Source: Azonexus sp. (lineage in GTDB: Bacteria > Pseudomonadota > Gammaproteobacteria > Burkholderiales > Rhodocyclaceae). From it: 44,256 nucleotides of DNA. Positions 15,684 through 25,520 of the stretch are shown piece by piece (position 1 is the first letter of the stretch; every line of letters begins with the position of its first letter). The stretch covers positions 1 to 44,256 of the forward strand of contig DATIUN010000003.1 in assembly GCA_035466795.1 (NCBI GenBank). The letters run 5' to 3'. The notes under the pieces were generated by a model, which was not told the DNA's origin, made no database searches, and was given only the letters and a program-made list of their open reading frames with translations. A program made the position numbers and the translations under genes.

Positions 15684-16004
15684 TCAGCGGATGCTGACCG
15701 TTTCGCCCGCCTGCTGGCTGGAAAGGAGCGAGAGTTTTTCCATCAGTTCGGCGCCATCGCGGGTGTCGCGCCAGCCCGTGCCGTCCCAGCGAAAGTGAAA
15801 GCCGCCGGCGCGCGCCGCCACCCAGACTTCACGCGCCACGCCATGCCGATTGACGATGATCTTGCTGCCATCTGCAAACTCGATTTCCAGCACTCCCCCG
15901 GCTGCCAGTTCGAAGTCGATGTCGGCGTCGCTCGCCTCCAGCGCGGCTTCGATCCTGGCCAGAACGCTGTCGGCCAATGCGTTGAATTCCTTGTCATCCA
16001 TCAT
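15684..16004 (-). CDS. cyaY: Iron donor frataxin-like protein CyaY
   Basis: GVLEIEF, IIVNR, EVWVAARAGGFHF. Confidence 0.94.
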   Translation of the reverse strand: MMDDKEFNALADSVLARIEAALEASDADIDFELAAGGVLEIEFADGSKIIVNRHGVAREVWVAARAGGFHFRWDGTGWRDTRDGAELMEKLSLLSSQQAGETVSIR

Positions 16005-16043
16005 GTGCTAACATCCCGCTCTTTACTGACTGGTTCGTCATTA

Positions 16044-16244
16044 ATGTCCAGAATCGTTGCCGTGCTAATGATGTTCTGCCTTGCCGGCTGCGGGCTGAAA
16101 GCACCGTATCTCACATTGCCTCCCGGTCCGCCCCCACCGCCATTGCTCGACAGCCTGCGATCACCGCCGGCGCCAACCACGTCAGCTCAACCGGCCAACG
16201 GCGAGGCTGATGTTAGCACGGACCAAAAGAACAGCCCCCAATGA
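16044..16244 (+). CDS. lptM: Small lipoprotein, LptM/YifL family
   Basis: From ATG 16044: LAGC-GLKAP lipobox, Pro-rich tail; conserved cyaY-lptM-lysA context; ATGA overlap with lysA. Confidence 0.75.
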   Translation: MSRIVAVLMMFCLAGCGLKAPYLTLPPGPPPPPLLDSLRSPPAPTTSAQPANGEADVSTDQKNSPQ

Positions 16245-17503
16245 GCCATTTCACCATCAAGCAAGGCGTCCTGCACGCTGAATCCGTTGCCCTGCCAGCC
16301 ATTGCCGAGAAATTCGGGACGCCGGCCTATATCTACTCCCGCGCAGCACTGGAGGCTGCACTGCAGGAATTCCTTGACGTCCTGACTACGCATCCGACGG
16401 GTCAAGGGGCGCTGGTCTGCTATGCCGTCAAGGCCAACTCCAACCTCGCCATCCTCAACCTGTTCGCCCGCATGGGTGCCGGCTTCGACATCGTTTCCGG
16501 CGGTGAACTGCAGCGCGTGCTGGCGGCCGGTGCCGAGCCACAGAAGATCGTTTTCTCCGGCGTCGGCAAGACGGCGGCCGAGATGAAACAGGCACTCGTC
16601 GCCGGCATCCTCTGCTTCAACATCGAATCGCCGGCCGAACTGGAGCGCCTGAACGACGTCGCCGGCCAGTGCGGAAAGCGGGCGCCGGTCAGCCTGCGCG
16701 TCAATCCCAACGTCGACCCCAAGACCCACCCCTATATCTCAACCGGCCTCAAGGAAGCCAAGTTCGGTGTCGCCTACGACGACGCGCTGGCCCTCTACCG
16801 CCGTGCCGCCGTGCTGCCCAATATCGAGGTGGCCGGCATCGACTGCCACATCGGTTCGCAGCTGCTCGATCCGTCGCCCTTCGTCGAGGCGCTCGAACGC
16901 ATTCTGGCTCTTGTAGATCAGTTGACCGCAGAAGGCATCCGAATTCACCATATCGACCTCGGCGGCGGCCTCGGCATCAAGTACAAGGACGACGAGGTGC
17001 AGCCGACGGTAGCTTCCTACCTGAATCCGCTGCTCGACCGGCTGGCCGGGCGCGGCCTCAAGGTCGTGCTCGAACCTGGCCGCCGCCTGGTCGGCAATGC
17101 CGGCCTGCTGCTGACTCGCGTCGAATTCCTGAAGCCCGGCGAAGGCAAGAATTTCGCCATCGTTGACGCGGCGATGAACGACCTCAAGCGGCCGGCGCTC
17201 TACGAAGCCTGGCACGACATCCTGCCGGTGACCCCGCACGCCGGCGAAACCCGCGTCTACGACGTGGTCGGCCCAGTCTGCGAAAGCGGAGACTTTCTCG
17301 GCCTGGCGCGCCCGCTGTGCCTCAAGGCGGGCGACCTGCTGGCCGTCATGTCGGCCGGCGCCTACGGCATGGCGATGAGTTCCAACTACAACACCCGGCC
17401 GCGCGCGGTCGAGGTCATGGTCGATGGCGATCAGGTATTCCAGATCCGCCGCCGCGAAACCGTGGCCGAACTCTTCGCTGGCGAACAGCTGTTGCCGGCA
17501 TGA
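16241..17503 (+). CDS. lysA: Diaminopimelate decarboxylase
   Basis: YAVKAN PLP lysine, HIGSQ, DLGGG, EPGR, GPVCESGD, SSNYN. Confidence 0.97.
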   Translation: MSHFTIKQGVLHAESVALPAIAEKFGTPAYIYSRAALEAALQEFLDVLTTHPTGQGALVCYAVKANSNLAILNLFARMGAGFDIVSGGELQRVLAAGAEPQKIVFSGVGKTAAEMKQALVAGILCFNIESPAELERLNDVAGQCGKRAPVSLRVNPNVDPKTHPYISTGLKEAKFGVAYDDALALYRRAAVLPNIEVAGIDCHIGSQLLDPSPFVEALERILALVDQLTAEGIRIHHIDLGGGLGIKYKDDEVQPTVASYLNPLLDRLAGRGLKVVLEPGRRLVGNAGLLLTRVEFLKPGEGKNFAIVDAAMNDLKRPALYEAWHDILPVTPHAGETRVYDVVGPVCESGDFLGLARPLCLKAGDLLAVMSAGAYGMAMSSNYNTRPRAVEVMVDGDQVFQIRRRETVAELFAGEQLLPA

Positions 17504-18600
17504 AGCTTGGCGCCCTGCTTCTCGTCGCCACGCTGCTGGTAGCGGCCTGCGGCGAAAAACCCGCCGAGAAGAAAGCGGCGCCGCCGACCCTGATCACCAC
17601 CACCCAGGCCCAGACCATTGCACTGGAAGTCAGCGAGCGCACCCTCGGCTCGCTGGAAGCGGTCAACGACCCGAAGATCGGCGCCGAAATCGCCGGCAAG
17701 GTCGCCAAGATTGCCGCCCGCGCCGGCGAAGCGGTCAGCAAGGGCCAATTGCTGGCGCAGATCGATCCGACCGACGCCGGCCATCAAGCCAACGTCGACA
17801 GCGCCGAAATCGCCCGCCTGCAAGCCCTGCTCGCCCAGCAGGAGCGGGTACTCACTCGCCAGACGGAACTGGTGCAGAAAAGCTTCATCTCGAAAAACGC
17901 CCTGGATGAAGCCACCGCCCAACGCGATGCGCTGAAGAGTCAGCTGGCCAGCGCCGAGGCCCGCGCCGGCCTGTCGCGCAACAACGTGGACAAGACCCGC
18001 GTCGTCGCCCCCTTTGCCGGCATTATCGAAGAACAGATTGCCGCCGCCGGCGACTACGTCAAGCTCGGCGACCCGCTGTTCCGCCTCGTCTCCAACGCCC
18101 GCCTGCGCGCCCACCTGCCGTTTCCCGAGTCCGCCGCGCCGCGCCTCAAGGTCGGCATGCCGGTGCGCATCGCCAGTCCGCTGGCGCCGGAGGCCAGCAT
18201 CGAAGGTGTGGTCGAGGACATTCGCCCGACGGTCGGCGAAGGAAACCGTGCCATCGATGTCATTGCCCGCCTGGACAACCCGGGAACGCTGAAGGCCGGC
18301 GGGTCGGTCGATGCCGCCGTCGTCACCGGCCAGAAGGAAGGCGCCGTGGTGGTGCCGGAACAGGCGGTCGTGCTGCGCCCGGCCGGCAAGGTCGTCTATC
18401 TGATCGCCGACGGCAAGGCCACGCAGCGTGTCGTCGCGGTCGGCAGCAAGCAGCGCGGCCTGATTGAAATCACCAGTGGCCTGCAGGGCGGCGAAACGGT
18501 CGCCCTCGACGGCGCCGGCTTCCTGAGCAACGGTGCTGCGGTCAACGTCAAGGAAATGCCGAAAACCACCGCCCCGGCGGCCGCCGCAAAGCCGCAATGA
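17500..18600 (+). CDS. RND efflux membrane-fusion lipoprotein
   Basis: True start ATG 17500 (ATGA overlap with lysA); VAAC lipobox, lipoyl halves, APFAG, GLQGGE. Confidence 0.92.
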   Translation: MKLGALLLVATLLVAACGEKPAEKKAAPPTLITTTQAQTIALEVSERTLGSLEAVNDPKIGAEIAGKVAKIAARAGEAVSKGQLLAQIDPTDAGHQANVDSAEIARLQALLAQQERVLTRQTELVQKSFISKNALDEATAQRDALKSQLASAEARAGLSRNNVDKTRVVAPFAGIIEEQIAAAGDYVKLGDPLFRLVSNARLRAHLPFPESAAPRLKVGMPVRIASPLAPEASIEGVVEDIRPTVGEGNRAIDVIARLDNPGTLKAGGSVDAAVVTGQKEGAVVVPEQAVVLRPAGKVVYLIADGKATQRVVAVGSKQRGLIEITSGLQGGETVALDGAGFLSNGAAVNVKEMPKTTAPAAAAKPQ

Positions 18601-21600
18601 CCCTGCCCGAGCTGTCGATCAAGCGCCACGTCCTGGCGTGGATGCTGAGCGCGGTTCTCGTGCTGTTCGGCGTCATCAGCTTCGACCGGATCGGCATGGA
18701 TCGCTATCCGTACATCGAATTCCCGGTCGTCTCGATCACCACAACGCTCAAGGGCGCCAACCCGGACATCGTCGACGCTTCGGTGACCAACATCATCGAA
18801 AGCTCGGTCAATTCGACGCCGGGCATCGAGCACGTCCAGTCCACATCGTCGCCCGGCGTCTCGGTGATCGCCATCACCTTCAACCTCGAAAAGAAGATCG
18901 ACGTCGCCTTCAACGAGGTGCAGGCCAAGGTCAATCAGGTGCTGCGCCGCCTGCCCAAGGATGCCGACCCGCCGGTCGTCGCCAAGGTCGAAACCAACGC
19001 GCAACCGATCATGTGGCTTGCCCTGCAGGGCGACCGCACGCAGCAGCAATTGAACCAGTACGCCGTCAACGTGCTGAAGAAACGTCTGGAAACCATCGAT
19101 GGCGTCGGCGAGGTACGCCTCGGCGGACGCCGCGACCGGACCATCCGTATCGAACTGCTGCCGGTGCGCATGGCGGCAATCGGCATCACCGCGCAGGACA
19201 TCAACGACGCCTTCGCCAGGGAGCACGTGCAGATGGCCGGCGGTTTCGTGGTCGGCGAGAAGACCGAAAGCCTGGTCAAGCTCGACCTCGAATTCCATTC
19301 CATCGACGCCCTCAAGCAAATGGTGATCGGCTGGAAATCCGCTGCGCCGATCCGCCTCGAGGATGTCGCCGAGGTCGTCGACGGCCTCACCGACAACCGC
19401 CAGCTCGCCCGCTTCAACGGAGAAACCACGGTCGGCCTCGGCATCGTCAAGGTGACCAACACCAACACCGTGGCCATCATCGACAAGGTCAAGGAGAAGC
19501 TGGAGAACGAGCTGCGGCCGCAACTGCCGCCGGGCATGCAGTTGCATGTGGTCTCCAACGACGCGGTGTACATCCTGGAAATCGTCAATTCGCTGAAGGA
19601 GCACCTGGTCGAAGGCACGCTGCTCGCCGCGCTGGTCGTCTGGCTGTTCCTGCAATCGGTACGGGCGACCATCATCGTCGCGCTGGCCATCCCGGTTTCG
19701 CTGATGGGGGCCATCGCCGTCATCTATTTCTTCGGCTACACCCTCAACTCGCTGACCCTGCTCGGCCTGCTGCTGCTGATCGGCGTCGTTGTGGACGATG
19801 CCATCGTCGTCCTCGAGAACATTTTCCGCCACCGCGAGGAACTCGATGCCGACCCGGTGACGGCTGCGGTCAACGGCTCGAACGAGGTCGTTTTCGCGGT
19901 CATCGCCGCGACGCTGGCGCTGGTTTCGATTTTTGCCCCGGTCATCTTCATGAGCGGCATCATCGGCCAGTTCTTCCGCTCTTTCGCCATCGTCGTCACC
20001 TTTGGCGTGCTGGTTTCACTGTTCGTTTCGCTGACCCTGACGCCGATGCTCTGCTCGCGCTTCCTGACCGTGCGCGAAAAAGGCCACCAGCACGGCCGCT
20101 TCCTCGCCGCCATTGAACGCGGCTTTCAGCGCCTCGATGCCTTCTACCGCCACCTGCTGGCGCGCGCACTGGCACATCGCTGGAAAGTCGTGCTGCTGAC
20201 ACTGCTGACCGTCGCTTCCAGCGCCTTTTTCTTCGCCAACGTCGGCAAGACCTTCACCCCGGACCAGGACGAAGGCCGCTTCCTGGTCTACCTGCGCGCG
20301 CCGCTCGGCTCGTCGATCGATTACACCGATTCGCGCCTGAAAATGGTCGAGGAAGTGCTGCGCCAGCACCCGGAAATCGTTACCGAATTCGCGCTGATCG
20401 GCCTCGGGTCGGCCGGGCAGGTCAACCAGGGCACGGTCGTCACGCGTATGGCACCGCGTAGCGAGCGCAAGCTGACGCAGCAGGAGATCCTGCCCATCCT
20501 GCGCAAGGAACTCGCCGAAATCCCCGGCGCCCGCGTCTTCGCCGCGCCCTATCCGATGGTTCAGGGCCAGCGCGGCGAGCCGCTGCAATTCGTGCTGAGC
20601 GGCGAAAATCTCGCCGAAGTCGGCCGCCTCGGCCGCGAACTGCAGGGCAAGCTGGCCGCCGAACCCGGCCTCGGCGGGCGCATCGACACCGACCTCCAGC
20701 TCGACCTGCCGCAACTCGTCTTCCAGCCCGACCGCCTGCGCATTGCCGCCGCCGGCCTGACCACGGCCGATGTCGCGCTGGCGATCAACATGCTGACCGG
20801 CGGCGTCGACATTGCCAAGTACAACGACGAACCGGGGGACGGCCAGCGCTACGACATCCGCGTCAAGGGCCGCGAAGGCGAATTCACCCAGCCCGCCGAC
20901 CTCGCGAAGATCTACCTGCGCAACAAGGAAGGCAAGCTGGTACGCCTCGATTCGGTCGCCAGCTTCAAGGAAACGCTCGGCCCTGCGGTGATCGGGCGTT
21001 TCGACCTACAGTATTCGGCGACCTTCTTCGCGACGCCGACCATCCCGCTCGGCGAGGCGGTGCAGAAGGTGCGGGCACTGGGTGCCGACCTGCCGCCCGG
21101 CTACCAGATCAAGCTGATCGGCCAGGCCGAGGAATTCGCCAAGACCACCAAGTACATGACCTTCGCCTTCGTGCTGGCGATGGTGCTGCTTTACATGGTG
21201 CTGGCCAGCCAGTTCGACTCCTTCCTGCAGCCCTTCATCGTCATGCTCGCCCAGCCGCTGGCCATCATCGGCGGTATCGCTGCGCTGTGGGCGACCGGCC
21301 AGACGCTCAACATCTATTCGATGATCGGGCTCGTGCTGCTGATCGGCCTTGTCGCCAAGAACTCGATCCTGCTCGTCGACCTGACCAACCAGCGCCGTGC
21401 CGGCGGGATGAGCATCGACGACGCGCTGCGCGACGCCTGCCCGATCCGCATGCGGCCGGTGCTGATGACTTCGGCCACCGTCGTCCTCGCCCTGCTGCCG
21501 GCCGCGCTCGGTTTCGGGGCCGGCGCCGAAACCAACCAGCCGCTGTCGATCGCCGTCATCGGCGGCATGATCTCGTCGACGCTGCTGACGCTGGTCGTCG

Positions 21601-21680
21601 TTCCCGCGGTCTATTCGCTGGTCGAAAATGCCCTGAGCAGGCGAATGTCGCGGTCGACCGCATTTTTTGGGCAGAAATGA
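18597..21680 (+). CDS. RND efflux permease (AcrB/HAE-1 type)
   Basis: 1027 aa; VVDDAIVVLEN, AKNSILLVD, RMRPVLMT proton-relay motifs. Confidence 0.95.
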   Translation: MTLPELSIKRHVLAWMLSAVLVLFGVISFDRIGMDRYPYIEFPVVSITTTLKGANPDIVDASVTNIIESSVNSTPGIEHVQSTSSPGVSVIAITFNLEKKIDVAFNEVQAKVNQVLRRLPKDADPPVVAKVETNAQPIMWLALQGDRTQQQLNQYAVNVLKKRLETIDGVGEVRLGGRRDRTIRIELLPVRMAAIGITAQDINDAFAREHVQMAGGFVVGEKTESLVKLDLEFHSIDALKQMVIGWKSAAPIRLEDVAEVVDGLTDNRQLARFNGETTVGLGIVKVTNTNTVAIIDKVKEKLENELRPQLPPGMQLHVVSNDAVYILEIVNSLKEHLVEGTLLAALVVWLFLQSVRATIIVALAIPVSLMGAIAVIYFFGYTLNSLTLLGLLLLIGVVVDDAIVVLENIFRHREELDADPVTAAVNGSNEVVFAVIAATLALVSIFAPVIFMSGIIGQFFRSFAIVVTFGVLVSLFVSLTLTPMLCSRFLTVREKGHQHGRFLAAIERGFQRLDAFYRHLLARALAHRWKVVLLTLLTVASSAFFFANVGKTFTPDQDEGRFLVYLRAPLGSSIDYTDSRLKMVEEVLRQHPEIVTEFALIGLGSAGQVNQGTVVTRMAPRSERKLTQQEILPILRKELAEIPGARVFAAPYPMVQGQRGEPLQFVLSGENLAEVGRLGRELQGKLAAEPGLGGRIDTDLQLDLPQLVFQPDRLRIAAAGLTTADVALAINMLTGGVDIAKYNDEPGDGQRYDIRVKGREGEFTQPADLAKIYLRNKEGKLVRLDSVASFKETLGPAVIGRFDLQYSATFFATPTIPLGEAVQKVRALGADLPPGYQIKLIGQAEEFAKTTKYMTFAFVLAMVLLYMVLASQFDSFLQPFIVMLAQPLAIIGGIAALWATGQTLNIYSMIGLVLLIGLVAKNSILLVDLTNQRRAGGMSIDDALRDACPIRMRPVLMTSATVVLALLPAALGFGAGAETNQPLSIAVIGGMISSTLLTLVVVPAVYSLVENALSRRMSRSTAFFGQK

Positions 21681-21800
21681 CCGATCTGACCGGCCTCAGA
21701 AAATTTCTGGGCGAACCGACCACGATCACACTGAACGGCCTGACCGTCGGCACGCTCTTACGCTCCCGCCAAGCACCCGTCCACGAAGAGCCCCGAAAAC

Positions 21801-21835
21801 AAAAAACCCGCCAGCGTTTCCGCGGCGGGTTTTTG
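21801..21835. terminator. Bidirectional intrinsic terminator between RND operon and soxB
   Basis: AAAAAACCCGCC...GGCGGGTTTTT between convergent genes. Confidence 0.85.
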
Positions 21836-21857
21836 GTCGATCTCCGGGATCGATCCG

Positions 21858-23588
21858 TTATGACATGCCAGGGTTGTTTTCCACGCCCTGCCCCTTCAGG
21901 GTCGGCGTGTTCAGATTCACCGGCTTGACCGTCTTGATGTCGCGCAGATAGCTGGCCACCACATCCCAGATCGGCGCGCCGCCGGCATTCTTCGCTTCTT
22001 CCGAAACCGGCGCCCAGCCCGCCACCTTGTAGGTCTTGTTCGGATCGATCGCCTTGCCGTGCAACATCATGTTCTGGATACGCTGGCCCATTTTCGCCAT
22101 CGGCTCGCAGGTGTATTGCAGCCCGCCGACGCGCACCATGTCGCCACCCTGCTGATAATACGGGTCGGGATTGAACAGGTTGTCGCAAACGTCTTCGAGG
22201 ACGGCCTTGATCGTTTCGCCGCTCATGTTGGTCACCGTCGTCCACGGATAGGTGATCGCAGTCTGGTCGAGGACATGCTCCATCAGGATCGGCTGCCCGG
22301 GCAACAACGAAGTGCCCCAGCGGAATCCGGGCGAGAAGGCGATCTCGGCATCCTTGACCTTGATCAGCGCATCGACGATGACTTGATCGAAGGTGCCGTT
22401 GAAGTTGCCGCGCCGGTACAGCAGGCCCTCGGTCACCGCCAGTTTTTCGTTGAGCTTGGACAGGTAAGGTGCGCGCGCCTTGTCGATCAGCGTCTGCATG
22501 TCCTTGTCGGCCGGCAGCAGATTGGCGAATACCGGCAGCAACTTGTAACGGAAGTCGGCGATCTTGCCATTCTTGACGTCGAAATCGAGCACGCCGAGGT
22601 ACTTGCCGTTGGAGCCGGCGTTGGTCACCAGCGTCTGGCCACCGGCATTCTTGACCACCACCGGGGTCGGCACGCCGTCATGGGTATGGCCGCCCATGAT
22701 CGCGTCGATGCCGCGCACGCGGCTGGCCATCTTGAGATCGACGTCCATGCCGTTGTGCGACAGCACGACCACGACCTTGGCGCCCTTGCTCCGCGCCTCG
22801 TCGACGGTCTTCTGCATGTTCTCTTCCTGGATGCCGTAACTCCAGTTCGGAACCTGCCAGCGCGGGTTGGCGATCGGCGTGTAGGGGAAGGCCTGGCCGA
22901 TGATCGCCACCTGCACGCCGTTCATGTTCTTCATGACGTACGGCTTGAACACCGCATCGCCGAAATCGCTGGTTTTAATATTCTGGGCAACGATGTCGAT
23001 CTTGCCGGCGAAATCCTTTTCCTCGATTTCCTTGACCCGCGCTTCGCCGTAGGTCGCCTCCCAGTGCAGGGTCATGATGTCCACACCGAGCGCCTTGCAG
23101 GCATCGACCATGTCCTGCGCGTTGCTCCACAGCGCCGTGCCGGAACCCTGCCAGGTATCGCCGCCGTCAAGCAGCAACGCGCCGGGGCGCGTCGCCTTCA
23201 TGCGTTTGACCAGGGTCGCCAGATGCGCGAAGCCGCCGACCTTGCCATAGGTCTCGGCGGCCTTGTCAAAATTCAGATAGGTGAAGGCATGGGCATCGAT
23301 CGTGTTCGCCTTGAAGCCGAAGTGCTTGAGAAAGGCTTCGCCGACCAGGTGCGGCACCTTGCCGAATTGATCGCCGAAGCCGAGATTGACGTTCGGCTCG
23401 CGGAAATAGATCGGCAGCAACTGCGCATGGCAGTCGGTGATGTGCAGCAGATTGACGTTGCCGAACTTCGGCAAGTCATAAATCTTGGCCGCACCCTTCT
23501 CGGCCAGCGCCAGCTCGCTCTGCAGGGACATGCCACCCGCTGCCGCAACGGCCAGCACCTGGAGAAATTCACGACGATTCATGCTCAT
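21858..23588 (-). CDS. soxB: Thiosulfohydrolase SoxB
   Basis: Tat motif RREFL; TDCHAQ, DGGDTWQG, SHNG, GGHTHD, RRGNFNG 5'-nucleotidase-type motifs. Confidence 0.97.
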   Translation of the reverse strand: MSMNRREFLQVLAVAAAGGMSLQSELALAEKGAAKIYDLPKFGNVNLLHITDCHAQLLPIYFREPNVNLGFGDQFGKVPHLVGEAFLKHFGFKANTIDAHAFTYLNFDKAAETYGKVGGFAHLATLVKRMKATRPGALLLDGGDTWQGSGTALWSNAQDMVDACKALGVDIMTLHWEATYGEARVKEIEEKDFAGKIDIVAQNIKTSDFGDAVFKPYVMKNMNGVQVAIIGQAFPYTPIANPRWQVPNWSYGIQEENMQKTVDEARSKGAKVVVVLSHNGMDVDLKMASRVRGIDAIMGGHTHDGVPTPVVVKNAGGQTLVTNAGSNGKYLGVLDFDVKNGKIADFRYKLLPVFANLLPADKDMQTLIDKARAPYLSKLNEKLAVTEGLLYRRGNFNGTFDQVIVDALIKVKDAEIAFSPGFRWGTSLLPGQPILMEHVLDQTAITYPWTTVTNMSGETIKAVLEDVCDNLFNPDPYYQQGGDMVRVGGLQYTCEPMAKMGQRIQNMMLHGKAIDPNKTYKVAGWAPVSEEAKNAGGAPIWDVVASYLRDIKTVKPVNLNTPTLKGQGVENNPGMS

Positions 23589-23600
23589 TGTTCATCCTCG

Positions 23601-23629
23601 AAAAAAAAACGGCGAGGTCGCCCCCGCCG
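23601..23629 (-). terminator. Intra-operonic intrinsic terminator between soxX and soxB
   Basis: CGGCGGGG-GCGA-CCTCGCCG followed by T9. Confidence 0.75.
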
Positions 23630-23646
23630 GTAAGAATCATGCAAGC

Positions 23647-24255
23647 TTACTTCTTGTTGACCGGTGACTCCGGATCGAGCAGGAAAGCCATCAAGTGCTT
23701 CATCTGTTGTTCGGTCAGAATCTCCGCATCGCCGTTGCGCGGCATGTTGCTGCAGGCGTTATAAGCCTTGGCGTTATAGATCTTGCCCCAGGTGTACTTG
23801 ACGATCTCGTCCGAATTGCCACGCACCTTGCCGTAATCCTGCAGGCTTGGCCCGATCGTGCCGTAGGCGATTTCCTTGTGGCTCAACTGGTGGCAGTTGT
23901 AACAACCGCCCCCGTTGTCGAAGCGCGTCTTGTCCGTCCACGTCAGGCCCCGGCCGCTGGTGGCGATCTTCTCGCCTTCTTTCCAGTCGCCAAGATACTT
24001 TCCGTCAGCCGGATAGCGTATGGTCTTCAACTGCGCCGCCTCGATCCCTTGCATCACTTTTTTGGAAGGATCCTTCTCCGCGGAACATTCCTTCTGGAAA
24101 TCCAGCTGGTACATGCGGTATTTTTCCGCAATGCCGGTCGTCTTGAACGACCGGTCCATCATCGCCACGAACTCGGCATGGATATCTGCGCCGCCTGCGG
24201 CCAAGGCGCCAGAAGAGGCGGCCAACAGGGCCGCGATAATGCTGGTTTTTTTCAT
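23647..24255 (-). CDS. soxX: Sulfur oxidation cytochrome SoxX
   Basis: Signal peptide, GDWKEGE, CYNCH, GTIGPSL, CSNMPR, PESPVN. Confidence 0.96.
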   Translation of the reverse strand: MKKTSIIAALLAASSGALAAGGADIHAEFVAMMDRSFKTTGIAEKYRMYQLDFQKECSAEKDPSKKVMQGIEAAQLKTIRYPADGKYLGDWKEGEKIATSGRGLTWTDKTRFDNGGGCYNCHQLSHKEIAYGTIGPSLQDYGKVRGNSDEIVKYTWGKIYNAKAYNACSNMPRNGDAEILTEQQMKHLMAFLLDPESPVNKK

Positions 24256-24265
24256 GTCGCTCTCC

Positions 24266-25087
24266 TTAACGCTTCAGACCCGGGGTCAACACCGTGCCAC
24301 CCTTGGCAGTCGCCGCCAGAAACACCGACAAGGCGATCGTCACATCCGAGCCGTAGATCGGTTCTGCCGTGCGTTGCTGCCGGTAGCAGTCATTCAGGCG
24401 ATGCTGCATGGTCCAGAATTCCCCGCTGGAAACCCGGTAGGCCGGCCAGCTACCCCAGCCCGCTGCCGCCCCGGCTTGTGTCCGCAGATCCGGCAGCTCC
24501 TGCAGGCGGATGCGTTTTCCTTCGGCGCCGTGACAGGTGGAACAAGCGAAATCCATGGGGCCGGAACGGTAATAGAAGGCCATCTTGCCCAGCTCGTACA
24601 TCTTCTTCATCTGTGGCGGCGCCATGTCGACAGCGATCTTCTGGCCATTCGACTGGGTCACGACATAAGCGACCAGGGCCGCCATCGTTTCCCGCTCGCC
24701 CTTCAGCCACTTGGCATCGATGACCGCCTTCGGATCGATACCCTGCAAGGTTTCCATGCAGGTCAGCAAACGCGTTTCAAGGTCCTGCACCCGGCCGGTA
24801 TCCTTGAAATAGCGCGGCATCTGGGCGGATGCACCCTTAAGGACACCGGGACCGAGGCCAAGATCGCATTTCTCGAGGCTGGCATTCTTCGGACCGCGCT
24901 TGGTTTTCCACAGCTCCTCGCCCTGTCCCGCCACCAGTTCGGCCGGATTGCCGTCGGCGATCATCTCGCGGTAACGGGCAATCGCCGCCTCATCGCTGGC
25001 CTTGTCAGCCAGGGCGGCAGGCGACGCCATTCCGCCGACTGCCGCCACAAGCGCGGCGAGCAGAACATACAACTTTTTTTGTCTCAT
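24266..25087 (-). CDS. soxA: Sulfur oxidation cytochrome SoxA, monoheme type
   Basis: One CSTCH; catalytic RLNDCYRQ; two N-terminal Cys in place of heme 1; GGAGGA before ATG 25087. Confidence 0.95.
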   Translation of the reverse strand: MRQKKLYVLLAALVAAVGGMASPAALADKASDEAAIARYREMIADGNPAELVAGQGEELWKTKRGPKNASLEKCDLGLGPGVLKGASAQMPRYFKDTGRVQDLETRLLTCMETLQGIDPKAVIDAKWLKGERETMAALVAYVVTQSNGQKIAVDMAPPQMKKMYELGKMAFYYRSGPMDFACSTCHGAEGKRIRLQELPDLRTQAGAAAGWGSWPAYRVSSGEFWTMQHRLNDCYRQQRTAEPIYGSDVTIALSVFLAATAKGGTVLTPGLKR

Positions 25088-25108
25088 GATTCCTCCATCG
25101 GGTGGCAT

Positions 25109-25142
25109 TCGGCCGGCAACACCAAACGATGCTGCCGGCCGA
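25109..25142 (-). other. 15-bp mRNA hairpin between soxZ and soxA
   Basis: TCGGCCGGCAGCATC-GTTT-GGTGTTGCCGGCCGA, with two G-U pairs on the sense strand. Confidence 0.7.
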
Positions 25143-25165
25143 TTTTTTTGACGACTCGAGCTACC

Positions 25166-25480
25166 TCAGGCGATCGCTGCTTCGTCCGTCCGCGTTTCGC
25201 CCTTGTTGTCCTTCCAGGACACGACAATCTTGTCGCCCTTGGCCCCGCCCTTGAAGCGGAACGCGAGGAACGGGTTCTTGGAAATGGAGGTGCCGAACTC
25301 GCTGGTCAGGACGACCTTGTCGTTGTGCTTGGCGGTGAGGTCGGTAATGAACCATGCCGGAATGACTGCGCCTGCCGCGTCCTTGCGCTGGCCGGTTTCC
25401 ATGTCGTGGCTGATCAGGACCTTGACTTCGGTAACGCCGTCCTTGCTGGCGGCGCGGATTTTCATTGGATTTGTTGCCAT
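25166..25480 (-). CDS. soxZ: Sulfur carrier subunit SoxZ
   Basis: HDMETGQRKD, SISKNP, WKDNKG. Confidence 0.97.
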   Translation of the reverse strand: MATNPMKIRAASKDGVTEVKVLISHDMETGQRKDAAGAVIPAWFITDLTAKHNDKVVLTSEFGTSISKNPFLAFRFKGGAKGDKIVVSWKDNKGETRTDEAAIA

Positions 25481-25520
25481 GAATAGATATCTCCTTGAAT
25501 TCTCGAAATGTTCTGACTGA

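Noticed and set aside
17431-25486. Long alternative-frame and antisense ORFs over RND and sox genes
   Set aside because: Fully overlap confident CDSs; low-complexity composition without recognisable motifs
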